From the NCBI RefSeq assembly GCF_001949145.1, contig NW_019091362.1, positions 1,185,838-1,249,837 on the forward strand: DNA of 64,000 nucleotides. Reading direction: 5' to 3'. The stretch comes from Acanthaster planci. Lineage: Eukaryota. A model generated the notes under the pieces. It had not been told where the DNA came from, did no database searches, and saw only the letters and a list, made by a program, of their open reading frames with translations. Made by a program: the position numbers and the translations under genes. This document shows, one piece after another, positions 26,101-40,149 of the stretch (position 1 is the first letter of the stretch; every line of letters begins with the position of its first letter).

Positions 26101-29100
26101 TTGAAGTTGCACTTTGCAGAAATCCGTTCTTTTCCATCAACAGAAAAGGGGAAATTATCAGTTGTAAATGGGTAAAAATGAAACAACATACTCATATTCG
26201 TCCTGTATAAGGGTCAGTTCTTGATTGTGCTGTTCAACAAGGATGTCTACTTCAGCTCTGGGAACCATCTCCTGCAATGCACAGTGGCAAGACAGAGTTT
26301 TACAGAGAATTCTTAGTCCTCTAATAACTTTGCAGCTCCAAACTCCCAACACTAATACTCCAACATTCTAACCACCACTGCTGCTGCTGTCACTGGTTCA
26401 CTGCACTCAGCGGTTACTTACAAGGTTTCAACAAGTTTCTCTTCAGGTGTAATGCGCCATCCCCAAATAAGCCTTTTGCGAGTTCAATTTGAATCAAATC
26501 TTATACACTGAGTTATCCAATTGCACGTAAACATAACAATTTGAATTCCCAGACTAAAGACACTGTTGCTACACCTTGTGATTCGGGGCAAGCTTTCTGC
26601 ATAGCGACCACCATCTCTGGAATGGACTGGTTCCTTTGTGCCCTTCTTATCCACTGAAGAAGGTGTATTGTTGCAAGGCGTCTCTTATGCAACTAAGCAA
26701 AAGCTTGCCCCGAATCACCAGGTTTGCCAACAGTGGTTTTAGTATGGAGAATTCCAACTTTTATGTTCACGTGAATTTTAAGAACTCAGTGTACCAGATT
26801 TTGTTCAAATTTAACTTGCAAAAGGCTTACTGACTGAGAGTTCTTCAGCGAATCGTCTGCATTCTAGTCTGTCAGTCTGTTCTTATCAAGGATGGCAAGA
26901 GTCAGTGGACTGGACAGTTAAGAGTTACATTTTTTGAAGGAGTCAAGCATTGTACTGTAGGTACATCACAGCAGGTTCTGCCTTTCTAAGGATTCCAACG
27001 AACAGGTTGGTGAAGGGTATACAGCACTCTAGCTAGGCAGACTGATTACGTGTACACAGCATAGATCTTTCTGAAGACAATGCACCTCGGGGTCCATGTG
27101 TGTCCCTCGGGTTTTCAAAACATATCCCACATCACAACAGTAAATAATTGCTTTGTCATATCTCTGTCTTGATGATGTCATTCACTTGTTTTGCTGAGGG
27201 AAATTATGGGCGACAAGGGAATCTTTGAACATGAGAGATATGTGATGCCTGCATTATCCTGTACACTGGGGGTGCATGTATGCATGCGTACTTGTGATGT
27301 CATAAAACACTGGCTAATGCGATGTCTTATGGTGAGGGTGTCATGCGGTAATGTGGCACTGTCATGTGATTGGGCTAATGAAAAAACAGTAGGCATGAGA
27401 AGTCACACTCTGGCTGATTTGCATCCAGATCAGACCTCTCTAATCGATACATGTGGCACATTTCTAAGCAGAGGAGGGTTTCTGAGTCGATTTATTTCAT
27501 GAATAAATAACTTACAGAGGAATTGTCGGAGTAAAACTGGCACTGTGTTTCATCTTAAATGCAGTGACAACTGTCGTTTTCATTTTGGCCCTTTTCAACC
27601 AACATACACTTTGACATATTCACGCTATTAAATGGGGGTATATTATGCCTAGGAAACACGGCCGATAGAATTTTTGAGAATGAGATGTCCCAATATCGCA
27701 ATGCATACAAACTCATTGGTCAATTACTGGTTTTTCCGAGGACACACTGGAAACGATCGACAGAGCTGACAGACATCTCTCCTCGTAGCTTTTGTTGATT
27801 GACAAGTCTTCTTTCTTCATCTTCCTCAGGTCCACGCCGGTGAGATCCAGCACAATGTCAGTTACTGACTCCGACTCTGAACCGAAAAGAAAAAAGCTGA
27901 CAAATCACAATCTCCTTTCCAACAGTCAACCTATGAGGTGATACAGGTAAAGTCAGACACAATTATTCTTCACAAGACGACGCAGCGCATTCTTTAGGCT
28001 CTTAAATTACTGCTCCTTGATGACCAACATTTGAAAACAAGTGTACAGCGTGTAAAGTGTGGCATAAGTGAACCTTGCAGAAGTCAAAATGCTCAGCACA
28101 TCCTGAGCCAAAGGCACATGAACCTTCTGCACACGCACACCGAGGGCTCCCACCAAAAGACTGTCTCTACTATGTACAAACACACCCTCTCTTGCTCCCG
28201 CTCGGGATAGGCGACATTTGTAAAGGACTACCAGTTCTTCGTGCAGCACTGGTAATTTCACCTGTTTGGCCTCATGGGCAAGTACGCCAGTCAACAACTT
28301 TACTGGAGCATACCTACCTGTTTCTTTATCATGTACGAATGGTCGATGGACCCTGGTGTAGTAGAAAGCAATGGGGATGTTACCACAGGATACAGGGGCA
28401 CTCCCTCGGTCCTTGTGACTTGTACTGATCGGGTAGAGAGGGAAAGAGGAAGGCCGAAGATCCTTCAACTTGTCAGCCTCTTCAATGATTTCAATTTCCT
28501 ATGACAAACAAGAAGTAACACGTTAACCCTGTTGTCACCATGCCGTCCAACACAAATCAGTACAATCATAGTACTGAACAATCCTGCACAGGTTTTTTAT
28601 GGGACAGGTGCAGCCCATTTATAACAGCAAAGCAACACTTCTCTTGAGCACTTGCTCACAGTCTGTGTGCATGGTCTGTAGTCTGGGGTACACCTACCTG
28701 ATTTCCACAGAATGTGCACAAATTGATTTTTTGCTTAAGAGGAATGCGGTCAAGTGACAGAAAAACCTTAAATAACAGTGAGGATTCTGAAGAAACCTCT
28801 AGAGGCCCCTGCTACACAGAGATTTTGCAGTGACATTCTGAATGACAACCATGGAGACTCTAGCTAGAAAGGGAGATTTTAAACAGAATGTACAGAGGTT
28901 TTTAGTTTCTATGGTATAACGCGCATTCTATTCAAAACAATTTTTGGCCTCTTATGATTAGCGTATTGGTTTCTGTAAACTGATGTGAGTTTGGTTACAA
29001 AGGGCAATACGCCTGTTTAATCCTTTAACACTGGGATACTTTTGACCGCGACTGCTGGGCTGCGGTATGCCCAGTATTCAAAGCCCTGTCCAGCAGCAGG

Positions 29101-32100
29101 CCCACGTTGAAACCGCAGGTGCATGATGAATAGAATGTATGTGTGGTATGCACTAATCCTCACACAAAGCCGTGGCTGTCGACGTCTCCCGGTGTGAAGG
29201 GGTTAAACATGAGAGTCCTGAAATGATTGAGTGACTGTTCCACCCAACGGGCCAAACATGATAACTGTACTGATTCTTAGTTTGAATTCTCTTTGGAGGA
29301 AGCTTTATACATGTACGTGCAACCTTAAAAATCATTACATTAAGAAAGTACTTTACAAAATTTGGATAACAGGTAATGGATATTACCATGCTGTGGAGGT
29401 CCTCCATACCAACTGATCCCATGGCAACCATATCTTCCAGTATCCCAGAATGCACTGCAATCCTCATTGGTTCCTCTGCTGATGAGACTGGCCGTGATTG
29501 GCTAGAGCTTGCTGGTGTGGCTGTGCCTGCGTCAGACTTTTCTGCTGCCTCCTGGCCCAACTCCTCTCCTTGCTTTTTCAGCTCAGTGTCATGTCGTATT
29601 GGCTGGTCGCCAATGGGAATGGCAACGTCATGAAAGTTTGTATCTGGGGGTGCTTTTGTCTTGTCCCCGTCACCTCCATTAGCACTGGAATCTTTTCTGC
29701 TGGCTGCCGATGATCCTTTGGAACCAATCATGGATTTAGGTTTCAGTGCTGACTTCAAGGGTGCTGCATTGAGATAAGTAGACAAGCAATCTTGAATCAA
29801 CTCCTGGTACTGTGATTTACTCAGGAAATACCAGGTTTTGTCTCAAACTTTCACATCTTAAGAGAGGATACCATGGTTTTCCCCAAATGTCACTTAAGTA
29901 TGACAAAGCTGTTATGGGGATAGTCCTCATGGCAATTAGTGCACCATAGTTACAGCTCAGCCACACTCACGTGACTAATAAATGTAATGCATGGGAAATA
30001 ATGCGTATGTGTATACAAAGCAGGAATGTTCATCATGGTTACATGCCTGAGTCCAGACTGCGTGTTAAACATGGTGTCAGAAGTGGGATTCCAACCCATG
30101 ACACAAGTTTATGAAGGGGAGCTGGGTCATTCCATGAGATCGGGGCATAATTTGTGACGGTGTCCATTTTTACATGGGTTCCTTAAAAATGAACAGCTAT
30201 TTCCCTGCCCGTAGATTCCAAATTCTACATCTTGCAAGGCTAAATACAGAGGAGTGTGTTATTTCTACAGAGTAAATGACCTACTCTACAGGTCATGACA
30301 GATGGGAAAAGTTACCCATGTAAAAAGACCACCGTCATAAATTGTGCCCCAACCTCATGGAACGACCCAGCTTGTAATTGCAATGGCTCACTGTTTCTTT
30401 ACAGTTGTCTTTTACACCTAAACTCATTTTTGAGAGGTTCCCTCTTTCTGAGTTTCCTGTGTATGCCAAATATTAAAGCCAAGTTGGTGTTGCAGTGAGG
30501 CAAGGCTATCTGGGATAAATACACCTGGTGTCATGCCAGCTAGAACATGTTCAGAGCCTGTGAGACAGCCAAACAGATACAGTAATCTCATGCTTGAGAA
30601 GAGATCACATAAAATGTTCTATGAAAAGCTCCAATTAATTGCACGTTCAGTTGGACTACCAAATTGACTTACATTACTGAAAAGTCCTGAAATGAAATCC
30701 CAACAATGCGATGTCAAAATATCAAAAATTTCAACCTAAGACTCGATCTCCCAAATGTTTGATGTCTAACGTACATTTTCCACTGCCTCCATTTTTGTCA
30801 TCAAAGACTTCCGTCCTCAGGAACTTCTTCATGAAGTTGACGCTGCACTTGAGATCCTTGTGATCCAGTCCAGTTGGCTTGTACAGTCTGATGTTGAGAG
30901 TGTAGTCATACTCTGGCTCATGTGTCCAGACAACCTGAGCACCCATGAGAATGAATGATCACTTCTGTCTTGCTTTTCGATGTTACGAATAGTCTTAGCT
31001 ACATTCAATTTTTGGCAACATTTGTGCTCAAACTACTACAATTGACACAGAAGTTTCTTTCCAAAACGGGTTCAGAACGGAGCAAGAGTGCAACTAGAAA
31101 GTAAATTTGATGTGATAACACATCTGAAACATAACTTGGCGGAGTTGAAATGCATTTTGCTTTGGCGGTGGAATATTGTACAGGTTCTTTCAATGGGGCA
31201 TCCCAAAACTTTGGTGGATTTGCACTGAGAGGTCTGCTGTGATGTCACAATTTCGTACTTTATTTGCGCTCAAGCTGAGTAAAAATTGACTGTGTTATGA
31301 TATAATTTTTTTCTTGTGAATGTGAAACTTTTCATTGGAACAGGAATACAGTAATACCTGAAACATCCTTACAACAGCAGCAGAAGAAGTAAGGTAAAGT
31401 GGGACATAAGGGTACATTTTGAAGAATTTTGTTCATATGGACTGTGTGTTTAACAAGGCCGGCAATCTAGAAATGGGAACAGATCCCACAAAATGAGCCT
31501 TCGGGAACTCTCTTCAGTAATCTTGTTTTAGTTAGCATAATAGAAGCACACTGAGGCCTTTGTTGTGCTGTAATAGTCCAGCATTCTGATGTCAGACTGG
31601 AATTATGTTGGTAAAAAAAAGAGACTAAGGGCTTGTATTGATTTACACTGTGCAATATTCCTTAAAAGGTCTTTGACTTATAAGGTCAACAATCCTAGCC
31701 AAATCTCATTTGGTCCCCAAGTCCCCACTCTCAATGTTGGGTCTCACTGACAATTATCCCAAGAATTTTGGCCAGGATTGTAGATGGGTGACCAATGCAT
31801 CTGATTACCTTGTCTGCTGAGGGAGGTTTGGGTGCCGGTACCTCTATATAGACTGTCTGTGGTTCAACTATCGTTGCTGGTGGGACTATTTCTTGTTTGG
31901 TCCCCTTCTCTCCCTCCTCTCCACTCAACCCTTGCTTGGACCTTCTCCGGAACTTCACTTTCTGATTGTACGAAACAAAATCAGCAAAGCCGTTTGCTCT
32001 GTCAATATCAGGTTTTTTTTTTCAATTTTAACTCAACTGAAGAGCCAATACCCCACAAAAAATTTTGATGTAGGCTCGCCTGATATGTAATTTTACAATA

Positions 32101-35100
32101 CGTAAGTTTGGAGTCTGTAACATTGACAGAGATACTGGTTTTTGAACTTGTTCAGAGATGTTGGAAATCTGTTGAAGTTTGTTTTGCCTCACAGGAAATC
32201 TTTATCCTCCAAACCCAAATGTTGAGAAGTAGAAATTTCATAGAGAGTGTTATGATGGGTGGAGGAAACTTACCTTTTTTAAGCTACCTCACCTCTCAAG
32301 CCTACTTTGAATAATGTAAGTTTGTTCGAGCGAGGACCATTTGTCAACCACGGGTTGAGTTTGCCTGGTAAACCAAGACATATCGTGTGCACAGGTTACC
32401 AGGGAAAATCAACCCAAGGTGATGAGCAAGAAACTGATAACCCCCTGCTCCACCACTGAAATGTTCAGTTTCATTGACAGGCCTCCTGAGGGAAATCTAT
32501 AAGGAGGCGGGGGGGGGGCAGGTGGGCTAACCTTGCTGGCTGGTGTGACCATGTCACTATCGATGTCTTGCTGGGTGTGGCCAGTCTGCGCTGTTGCTCT
32601 CGCTGTGCTTGCATCCTCCTCTTCATCTTCGGAATCCTCCTCAGTGAACTCCAGCTCATCAGACTGCCATCAATCGAAACACACTATTTTATAGCAACTG
32701 TAAGCAAGGAAGGGGGCTGCAGGTACCTAGGAACTTATCACATTGCCTCATCAGGTGCAATTACCAGTAAATAAATAGATTTTGTCACCAGCTGCGTAAC
32801 CACCTCTGTGCCTTTATTTGTACTAATATATTTTCAGCAAACAGTGTACAGACACTAACTGTCCGTTAATGTTGCAATAATGATTGAAAAAACAACTTGA
32901 AGCAGCCAAATTTCTTTAAAAAGGGTACAACAGGCCTNNNNNNNNNNNNNNNNNNNNNNNNNNNNNNNNNNNNNNNNNNNNNNNNNNNNNNNNNNNNNNN
33001 NNNNNNNNNNNNNNNNNNNNNNNNNNNNNNNNNNNNNNNNNNNNNNNNNNNNNNNNNNNNNNNNNNNNNNNNNNNNNNNNNNNNNNNNNNNNNNNNNNNN
33101 NNNNNNNNNNNNNNNNNNNNNNNNNNNNNNNNNNNNNNNNNNNNNNNNNNNNNNNNNNNNNNNNNNNNNNNNNNNNNNNNNNNNNNNNNNNNNNNNNNNN
33201 NNNNNNNNNNNNNNNNNNNNNNNNNNNNNNNNNNNNNNNNNNNNNNNNNNNNNNNNNNNNNNNNNNNNNNNNNNNNNNNNNNNNNNNNNNNNNNNNNNNN
33301 NNNNNNNNNNNNNNNNNNNNNNNNNNNNNNNNNNNNNNNNNNNNNNNNNNNNNNNNNNNNNNNNNNNNNNNNNNNNNNNNNNNNNNNNNNNNNNNNNNNN
33401 NNNNNNNNNNNNNNNNNNNNNNNNNNNNNNNNNNNNNNNNNNNNNNNNNNNNNATTAAGACAATAGTATTAGTACCATTCTTATGTTCTCATGTTTTTAA
33501 TTTTAGCCTTTCCTCAATTTATTACGGTAGTTCTGTCATTTCAAGCAGACGTTATTGTAACTACATCACTACAAGTCTATTAAATCAATTAAAAATCGGG
33601 ATTTTTCCTGTGCGCACGAGATTGCCGTTTCTAAGTATGGCCCCTTCCATCATAAGTAGTATAAATTGCATCGTTAGTGTTCTTGGAGCCAACCTATACA
33701 CTTGTAAACACGTACTGATGTTCAATGTACATGTAGCATACATACATAGCTTACCATTGAACCTGGTCATAGCTTGGAGTAATATTGAAAGAAACGGTAG
33801 GCACTTGTTGGGGCTATTTCAACAAATTCTGTCTTTCTGAGACATTTCAGGTCAGATCGTTTGTAATAAGGCTTACACAAAACATTTCTGAAAGAGTGAA
33901 GCTGGCAAATAAGTAGTGCTGGAAAAGACAAAGCCTCTTTGTAAATAATACTGGGGTGGATGGTACCTAGAAGGAATAAGTATCTTTATTATAAAACAGC
34001 ACGGAAGGAGACCAGCTTAGATACAGCAATCTCGTGCGAAAATGAAAAATCACGATTATAAGGTCTTTTTACAGAGCACAAAAATCCCACTTAGATTAGA
34101 AATTAATAGCAAAACAATTTAACGGGATTTTCTGAAGAAAAAAAATCAACAAAGCCAGAAAACCTGAGAGAAATGAACATCAACGTCGCACCCCTGTACT
34201 TTTTCAATGGCCCGCTCACACTTCTTACCGCCAAGGTCATTTGTGCGCATACGTGCATAATCATGAATTTAGAAGTGAACCGGTGAACAAGTAAGATGTA
34301 CTTGTGATTAGACTGCAACAAAGCTACTTAATGGATTGAGATGGACTTGTGACCGGCCTCGTTTCAGCCCTAGCATATGGCCCCACCTGTTTGTTTGGAC
34401 TTACCGAGCTGATGTCAAACTCGTTGCCGGAGGTGTGGCTGATGGAATCATCCTTCTTCCCGTCTTCCTCATCTTCATTGTCTGAATCCTCTTCTCGGTC
34501 AAGTTCATCGATGTAGGCATGTAGATGCTCCATTCTGTCCCCAGAAACAACGTGTCATGTAAGACAAGTCTCCTCACAAACCAAGATCTGACTGGTTTTT
34601 TCAGTTTTGCCTGATTTTGTGCTTCATGAAATCATGTGCCATTAATACGGTTATCCGGCCAGATCATAACCTTTTAGAAAACCCAATAGTGAAAAAAAAA
34701 ACTTTACTTGAAGACTGCAAAAGAATTCATATACGTGTACAGAAAGGTTGTTCTAAAGTTGGATTCCGTGCAAAAACTAAAAGCACATCATTATTTACCG
34801 TCTAACGAGCCAGTTCAATGTTTCAACTGTGCATTCTCAAAATTAAGCGCACTGTAAGTTATTTGAAAATGCTGAAGCACACATGCAAAGTTGGCCCCAT
34901 CACCATGGCCACAAGCCAACCCATCGGCGCCAAACATGTTCAACCTGGCGTGATATGTTGCTGTAAAATTTGCCATAACCCAATCTGCAGGAGCGGCATA
35001 GGAAATGATTTTAACCAACTGGACGTGAGACACTGATTTTTATTTTCACACAAACTGATACTGCTGGACATAAGTGGCCTCACCCAAGTCTGGCTTTCTG

Positions 35101-38100
35101 CTTGAAGTTGTCGATGAGAAAGCGCCAGCGTCGTCCATGGCCACGGCTGCTCGTCAGTTTGGCAAACAGTTTCTCCCAGTTCATGATACGCTTCTCATGT
35201 TCGATGCGCTTGGCCTGATTGAAACAAAAAGTACACCAAGAAACCACCTGAAATTTGGCCAAAGCCCAACATTACTGGTGCTCTGTATCTTTGTCAATTT
35301 TTTTTTCGGTCCCATAACCCCCAATACAAGCCATAAGATTCTCCATCTGATTATACCTGAGCAATCAGTTACACCTGCTTAACAGCTTGCAGAATTTTTT
35401 ATCTTTTTTTCTTGAAAAATTCAACTTGTGAAAATACCAAGATAGTTTTATTTAGTCTTTTCTTCTTAATACAAGAAACCACAAAGATAATGTACATGTA
35501 ACTCTAGACACGAGAATGGAAGAGACCATATAGCCCCATTGGTGTCCCACTTTTAAACCACAGGCATACGCCTCAAATACTGACCAGAGAATCACTGCAC
35601 AATATTTGTACCATATTTCTGACCACAATCTCTGACTCAAGAAGAGATAACGATTTCAAATGCAGCTTGCCAGAGAGGTCTGAAGGGGTTCTAGTTTGTG
35701 GAATCTTGACTTCTTCTGTATGTACAGTACATGGATGCTGTTCTGAAGTATCAGTGGTATCCAAGTGAGTAACAACAGGACGCCAGACTACTCTGTCCGA
35801 TGTATCAAATCCTGTGACCCGTTTGGACACATCAATGGTCCACCTTTGCTCCTTTGGCCATATTTGGGATCCAGTTTATCGGCTTCACAACAGGTTCATT
35901 CTCGGTCCTTGTGAGCAGTGGCCAGCAAACCTGATTCTTATTTGGCAAATATTCTCGTGGGAAATGAATAAACAAGTGAAAAAGCTTTAGTAGACTAAAC
36001 TCACCTGTGCATCAGCCAGCTGTAACCTCCTGATGGCGATATTCAGCTGCTTATGTTTGCTTTCATAGTCAGCATGAAGCTTCTTCAAGGCCAGACTCTT
36101 CTCTTCCCAGGAACCAGAGTAGACACGGACCAGCCGCACTAGCTCTGAGGTGGGTGTGTACAGGTCGGTGGTACTAAAGGGGTCCCAAACATTTACATGG
36201 ACTACATGTGAAAAATGTGCAAATGCAAATTTCATGCTGATCCTCTGCACTATCCCACTCCCTCTACACAAGTTGAACAGTTGACCCTGGGCCTGGCTGT
36301 CTTTTGTCTGAAGCAACATAACCTTTTATGAGTAGTTTTGTGAAAATGGATTTCATGTTAACTTAAAAAACTTATTCTATAAATGTGAATGCGTACACAG
36401 CTTCCGTGATCGTACAATCAAGATGCTTCTGAAAGCGAAACTGTTGCTTAGCAAGTTTACGTGCTGAATACAAATAAGCTGGCAATCATTCATACTTAAG
36501 AAATGTAAGAACGCGTCATAACCTTCAGCAAATTATGTTATGATTTTAGTATTTTTTGTGGAATTCTATGCTAAGTGAGGCCAAGTGCGGGCTGAAGTAC
36601 CTTCTGAATAGTCTTCCAGCTATCATGGTGAGTCTGGCCATCAAGGACGGAGGCAGAGCATGGAGAAGCAGCTCATCCTTCAGATTTAGGAACTACGAGG
36701 AAGCAAACATCCAAATCCTGAACTGAGACCGCATATGAATGTTATGGCTTATGAGGAAGTAACATGTGAGCCTTAGCCACTTTCTAGAAGCTGCAACTGT
36801 TTCCCATAGACAAGTGTTCAACTGCAATCCTCAGCCAGTGGATTTAGACAAAGCCTTAACCCTTAGAATAGTCCTCAACAGTGCATTGAAGGCATTTATC
36901 CACTTGTTATGTCGCATTCACTTTTTCATTTCAATATACTAGATTCTGCCATACATGTACTATCATTTCCATATTACAATGTGGGAAAATGTTACAGCCA
37001 ACAAGCCTCTGTTTAAAAACAAAATCAAAAGTTTCATCAATCAAATCCTAGAATACATGAGAAAGCAACGCACTAGGTTTGAAAGATGCTGTATTCAAGG
37101 TTTGAAAAAGTGTGCTTTTAACAGAAATCATTATACCCTGTCAGGACCTGCATGCATTAAATTGACACAATGACACTTGTTACGAACCTCTGCCAAGGCT
37201 GCCTGGACCAGTGCAATGGAGTTGAGTACCCCATCACACAGCATCTCAAATTTGTTTGTCTCTGCTTGAGCGGCGGCCTTTGCAGCTGCAAACTCATCTT
37301 CACTCTGTCAACCAATACAACAGAAACAGTCTAATTGATCAAAGGGTCCAAGTGATGAGGTTTGGTTAAATGTAGATACTGCGCCACTTCCTACTCCTCA
37401 CAACCACTTCACACTGCATGACATATGTCAATATGAAAGGATTTCCTGTGTCGCAACACCGAGGATCAAAGATCATATTGCGCCGCACCAGATGTCGAAC
37501 TTCACCGTGAATACACGTAAAACGTTGTAAATCGCATAGGCGCCATTTGAGCAAGCGATACACCTGCGCAATGCACATTAATGCGCAGGCGCCGCGGCAG
37601 GCACGTGCACCTGGTGAGCCTGCGCCTAAGCATTACCGTAAACTGCGCAGTTCAAATGGCACCCACAGTGATTCCACCTTTTATTGGGCAGAGTTATCCA
37701 TCTTGCACCTTCGGCGCTGAGGATGTTTAAATGTGTTTCAGCAAATTCTGTATGTAGTGCAGGGTGACATCTACACTTGACCTCATGCTTGAGAGATTCT
37801 AATTGAGTTTGTACACAAACACAAACACTTGAAATATTCTGCAGAGGTAGTGTGGTAGAGCGAGTGTGGGGCCCTCAGGTGGCCATGGGCCATATCGCCA
37901 GGCGTTGCAGCAAAGCAGCATATACCACCCTGTGGCAAAGTTTAAGAGCTTTAAAAAAGAGGATGCAGAAAAAAATATGGCATGAATATTGAAAAAGTGA
38001 CAACAAAGGATCAACATATTTATATATTTAATTCTGTATTAAAGACTTTGGTTGCGGTATCTTGTAGTTTTCCAAAGTTGGTATCTTCAGCCCAAAATAA

Positions 38101-39861
38101 AATCATGCCTAAGATAAGGGCATTATAAAATAACGCTGTCTGCAAGTGGCGAAATATACGGAAATTATATGGCATCCCTTCTCTGTACTGAAAACTTGAC
38201 TTTTGCATATGTAGCTCGTTCGAGGTTTTATGTAAATTGTATAGATTCTTGTTAGTTTATAGGGTTAAACATTTGAAATTTTCCATGCTTTTCTGGACAA
38301 CTGAGGGCACTGTTGCCACGATGCAATTGTTGGAGGACATTGTTAGTTCCAGAATTTCCCTATTCAATTTGCAAACAAAAGATATGCCCAATGAAAACAC
38401 ATGTGATTAAACATTGTTTATTGGCTTAAGTCACACGACAGTGAACGACCAAAAAAAACATTATGACTGGAAAATATCATGTCTTTTACCATTTATTTTG
38501 TGTTCTTGTTACATAAATTTTATAGCTTAACATTGAGATTTATGCCCAGAATGGTATCAAAGACCTGTTCATGCATATGGACCCCAATTAAGTGGAAATA
38601 ACCCAAATTAAGTGGAAATATGCATACCCACCTCACTATCAGAGCCTCCATCTTCTTCACCCAATGGGTCAAGGGTCGTGACCTTCTTTCCAGACCCTAT
38701 GATGGAAAGGATTAAAACTTAATGTTCTGTGAAGAGATCTCTTACTTCTTGCAGAAAGCTGTGCATGAATATAGAATAGAAACTCACACCATAATGTGCA
38801 AAATGTTAATAAAATGCAAAATTGAGAAAGACTTCTACTGCCAGCCAAAAAAGTTTAAACTGCATAGTTAAATAAATACTCCAAATCCAGTCACGGTAGG
38901 GCCAACTAGGACCACTTTTGAACTTTCGGCTTTGTAGTGACCGCAAACATATTCCACATTGGCACTTAAGTTGACACCGTATGAAAAGTTACATGTACTT
39001 TCATAGTGAAGAGAGTGACTGGGTTTGTTTAAATTGGCTGGCATCTTGTCCACAAAGCTCAAAGCAACACACAAATACGTGCTAATCATTCTTTTAAGCG
39101 CATCATTTATCAGACAGGAGATTTTGTTCACCACATAGGCTTTCAAAAGGTTACACACTTTTTCTGGGAAAGTGGAAGGGTGGTTGATTGTGAGTTATTC
39201 TGAGGATTTTTTCAAAGTTTGGCTCAGGCTTTGTCTCTCACTTCAAAACTGCATGGTGACCTACATGTAGAGCCTACCTGANNNNNNNNNNNNNNNNNNN
39301 NNNNNNNNNNNNNNNNNNNNNNNNNNNNNNNNNNNNNNNNNNNNNNNNNNNNNNNNNNNNNNNNNNNNNNNNNNNNNNNNNNNNNNNNNNNNNNNNNNNN
39401 NNNNNNNNNNNNNNNNNNNNNNNNNNNNNNNNNNNNNNNNNNNNNNNNNNNNNNNNNNNNNNNNNNNNNNNNNNNNNNNNNNNNNNNNNNNNNNNNNNNN
39501 NNNNNNNNNNNNNNNNNNNNNNNNNNNNNNNNNNNNNNNNNNNNNCTTGAGAAAAAGGGGTCCAGCATGTTCAGTTCATTGGAGGGACACATTTAACAAT
39601 GGCCCACGTTCATGTTAGCCTACACTAAAACTTGGCTGCCAAGGCCTACAAAGTGACTATGTCTCGGAGCATCGGAGTAACGTCAGCACAAACGCAGGAC
39701 TACGGTCCGAATACTGGCCAACTCCATAAAGCATTCAGCTGACATGGCTAAACACCGAAATTCAAGCTGATAGTAATTAAATTAAACGTCAATGCATCAT
39801 AAACACCTGAACCATCTGATCCGTTATTCCTGAATGAGCCAGCCCGAGGTGAATCTCCCAT
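20115..39861 (-). CDS. Uncharacterised multi-exon protein: coiled coils, acidic tracts, putative split C2-like domain
   Basis: Mostly phase-consistent exons: 39861-39807, 38696-38632, 37304-37188, 36692-36601, 36173-36005, 35214-35084, 34534-34405, 32663-32532, 31961-31809, 30934-30775, 29763-29387, 28498-28318, 27876-~27730 (donor uncertain), 26271-26192, 25747-25659, 24516-24432, 23554-23488, 23375-23216, 21566-21483, 20760-20690, 20312-20115 (TGA). The two N gaps could hide further exons. Conserved-looking blocks include NWEKLFAKL..GRRWRFL and CLPAIFMPTKTGQLYNPRAHSYFHPTGSLGQLRLTQPPSMFQLP. Confidence 0.85.
21812..22306. mobile_element. Foldback MITE with TTAA TSD (Kolobok-like AG..CT ends)
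   Basis: TTAA|AGAGCAACTC...GAGTTGCTCT|TTAA. The arms are inverted over ~220 bp. Confidence 0.85.
24597..25447. mobile_element. piggyBac-like non-autonomous element; partial copy at ~22330-22880
   Basis: TTAA|CCACTTCTGC ... GCAGAAAGTGG|TTAA. 24910-25445 aligns by eye with 22340-22880. Confidence 0.75.
26468..26829. mobile_element. Palindromic MITE
   Basis: TAAGCCTTTTGCGAGTT..AACTTGCAAAAGGCTTA outer arms and GTGATTCGGGGCAAGCTTT..AAAGCTTGCCCCGAATCAC inner arms. Confidence 0.75.
29021..29202. mobile_element. piggyBac-like MITE (TTAA-flanked); a similar type lies at 50195-50608
   Basis: TTAA|TCCTTTAACACTGGGA..TCCCGGTGTGAAGGGG|TTAA. The 50195 element reads TTAA|CCCCTC..GAAGGGG|TTAA. Confidence 0.6.
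30120..30372. mobile_element. Palindromic MITE
   Basis: AGCTGGGTCATTCCATGAG..TTTTTACATGGG is inverted to CCCATGTAAAAA..CTCATGGAACGACCCAGCT. Confidence 0.8.
32938..33453. other. Assembly gap (N run)
   Basis: Run of N. Confidence 1.
39282..39545. other. Assembly gap (N run)
   Basis: Run of N. Confidence 1.
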
Positions 39862-40149
39862 CTTTGAAACGCAGATCACAAACTCCTGAAATTTGGCGCA
39901 GCGTAACGTTGCTATGTTACCCACATTTATAACGTTGAGGGCGCGCGCAGTTAAAATCAACAGCCGTCGGTTTAACCTGGAACTCGGAAGTTTTCTTTTG
40001 TTAGTAACACATAGATGGTTGTTCGTTTTTATTATCAGAATCTTTCACGATAAACCATGCCTAAGTAAATGTTGCCGTATACATATACTACAAAGGTTTA
40101 AATGCACACATAAGCTGGTTATTTATCGTCTTTCTTTGAAAATAACGTC

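Noticed and set aside
30417..30460. Small AG..GT-bounded candidate exon in the unknown gene
   Set aside because: Joining it to the phase-1 upstream exon creates TGA, and the flanking exons already join in frame without it.
32897..33466. 189-aa ORF (and the 122-aa ORF at 39224-39592)
   Set aside because: Artefacts of translating through N gaps.
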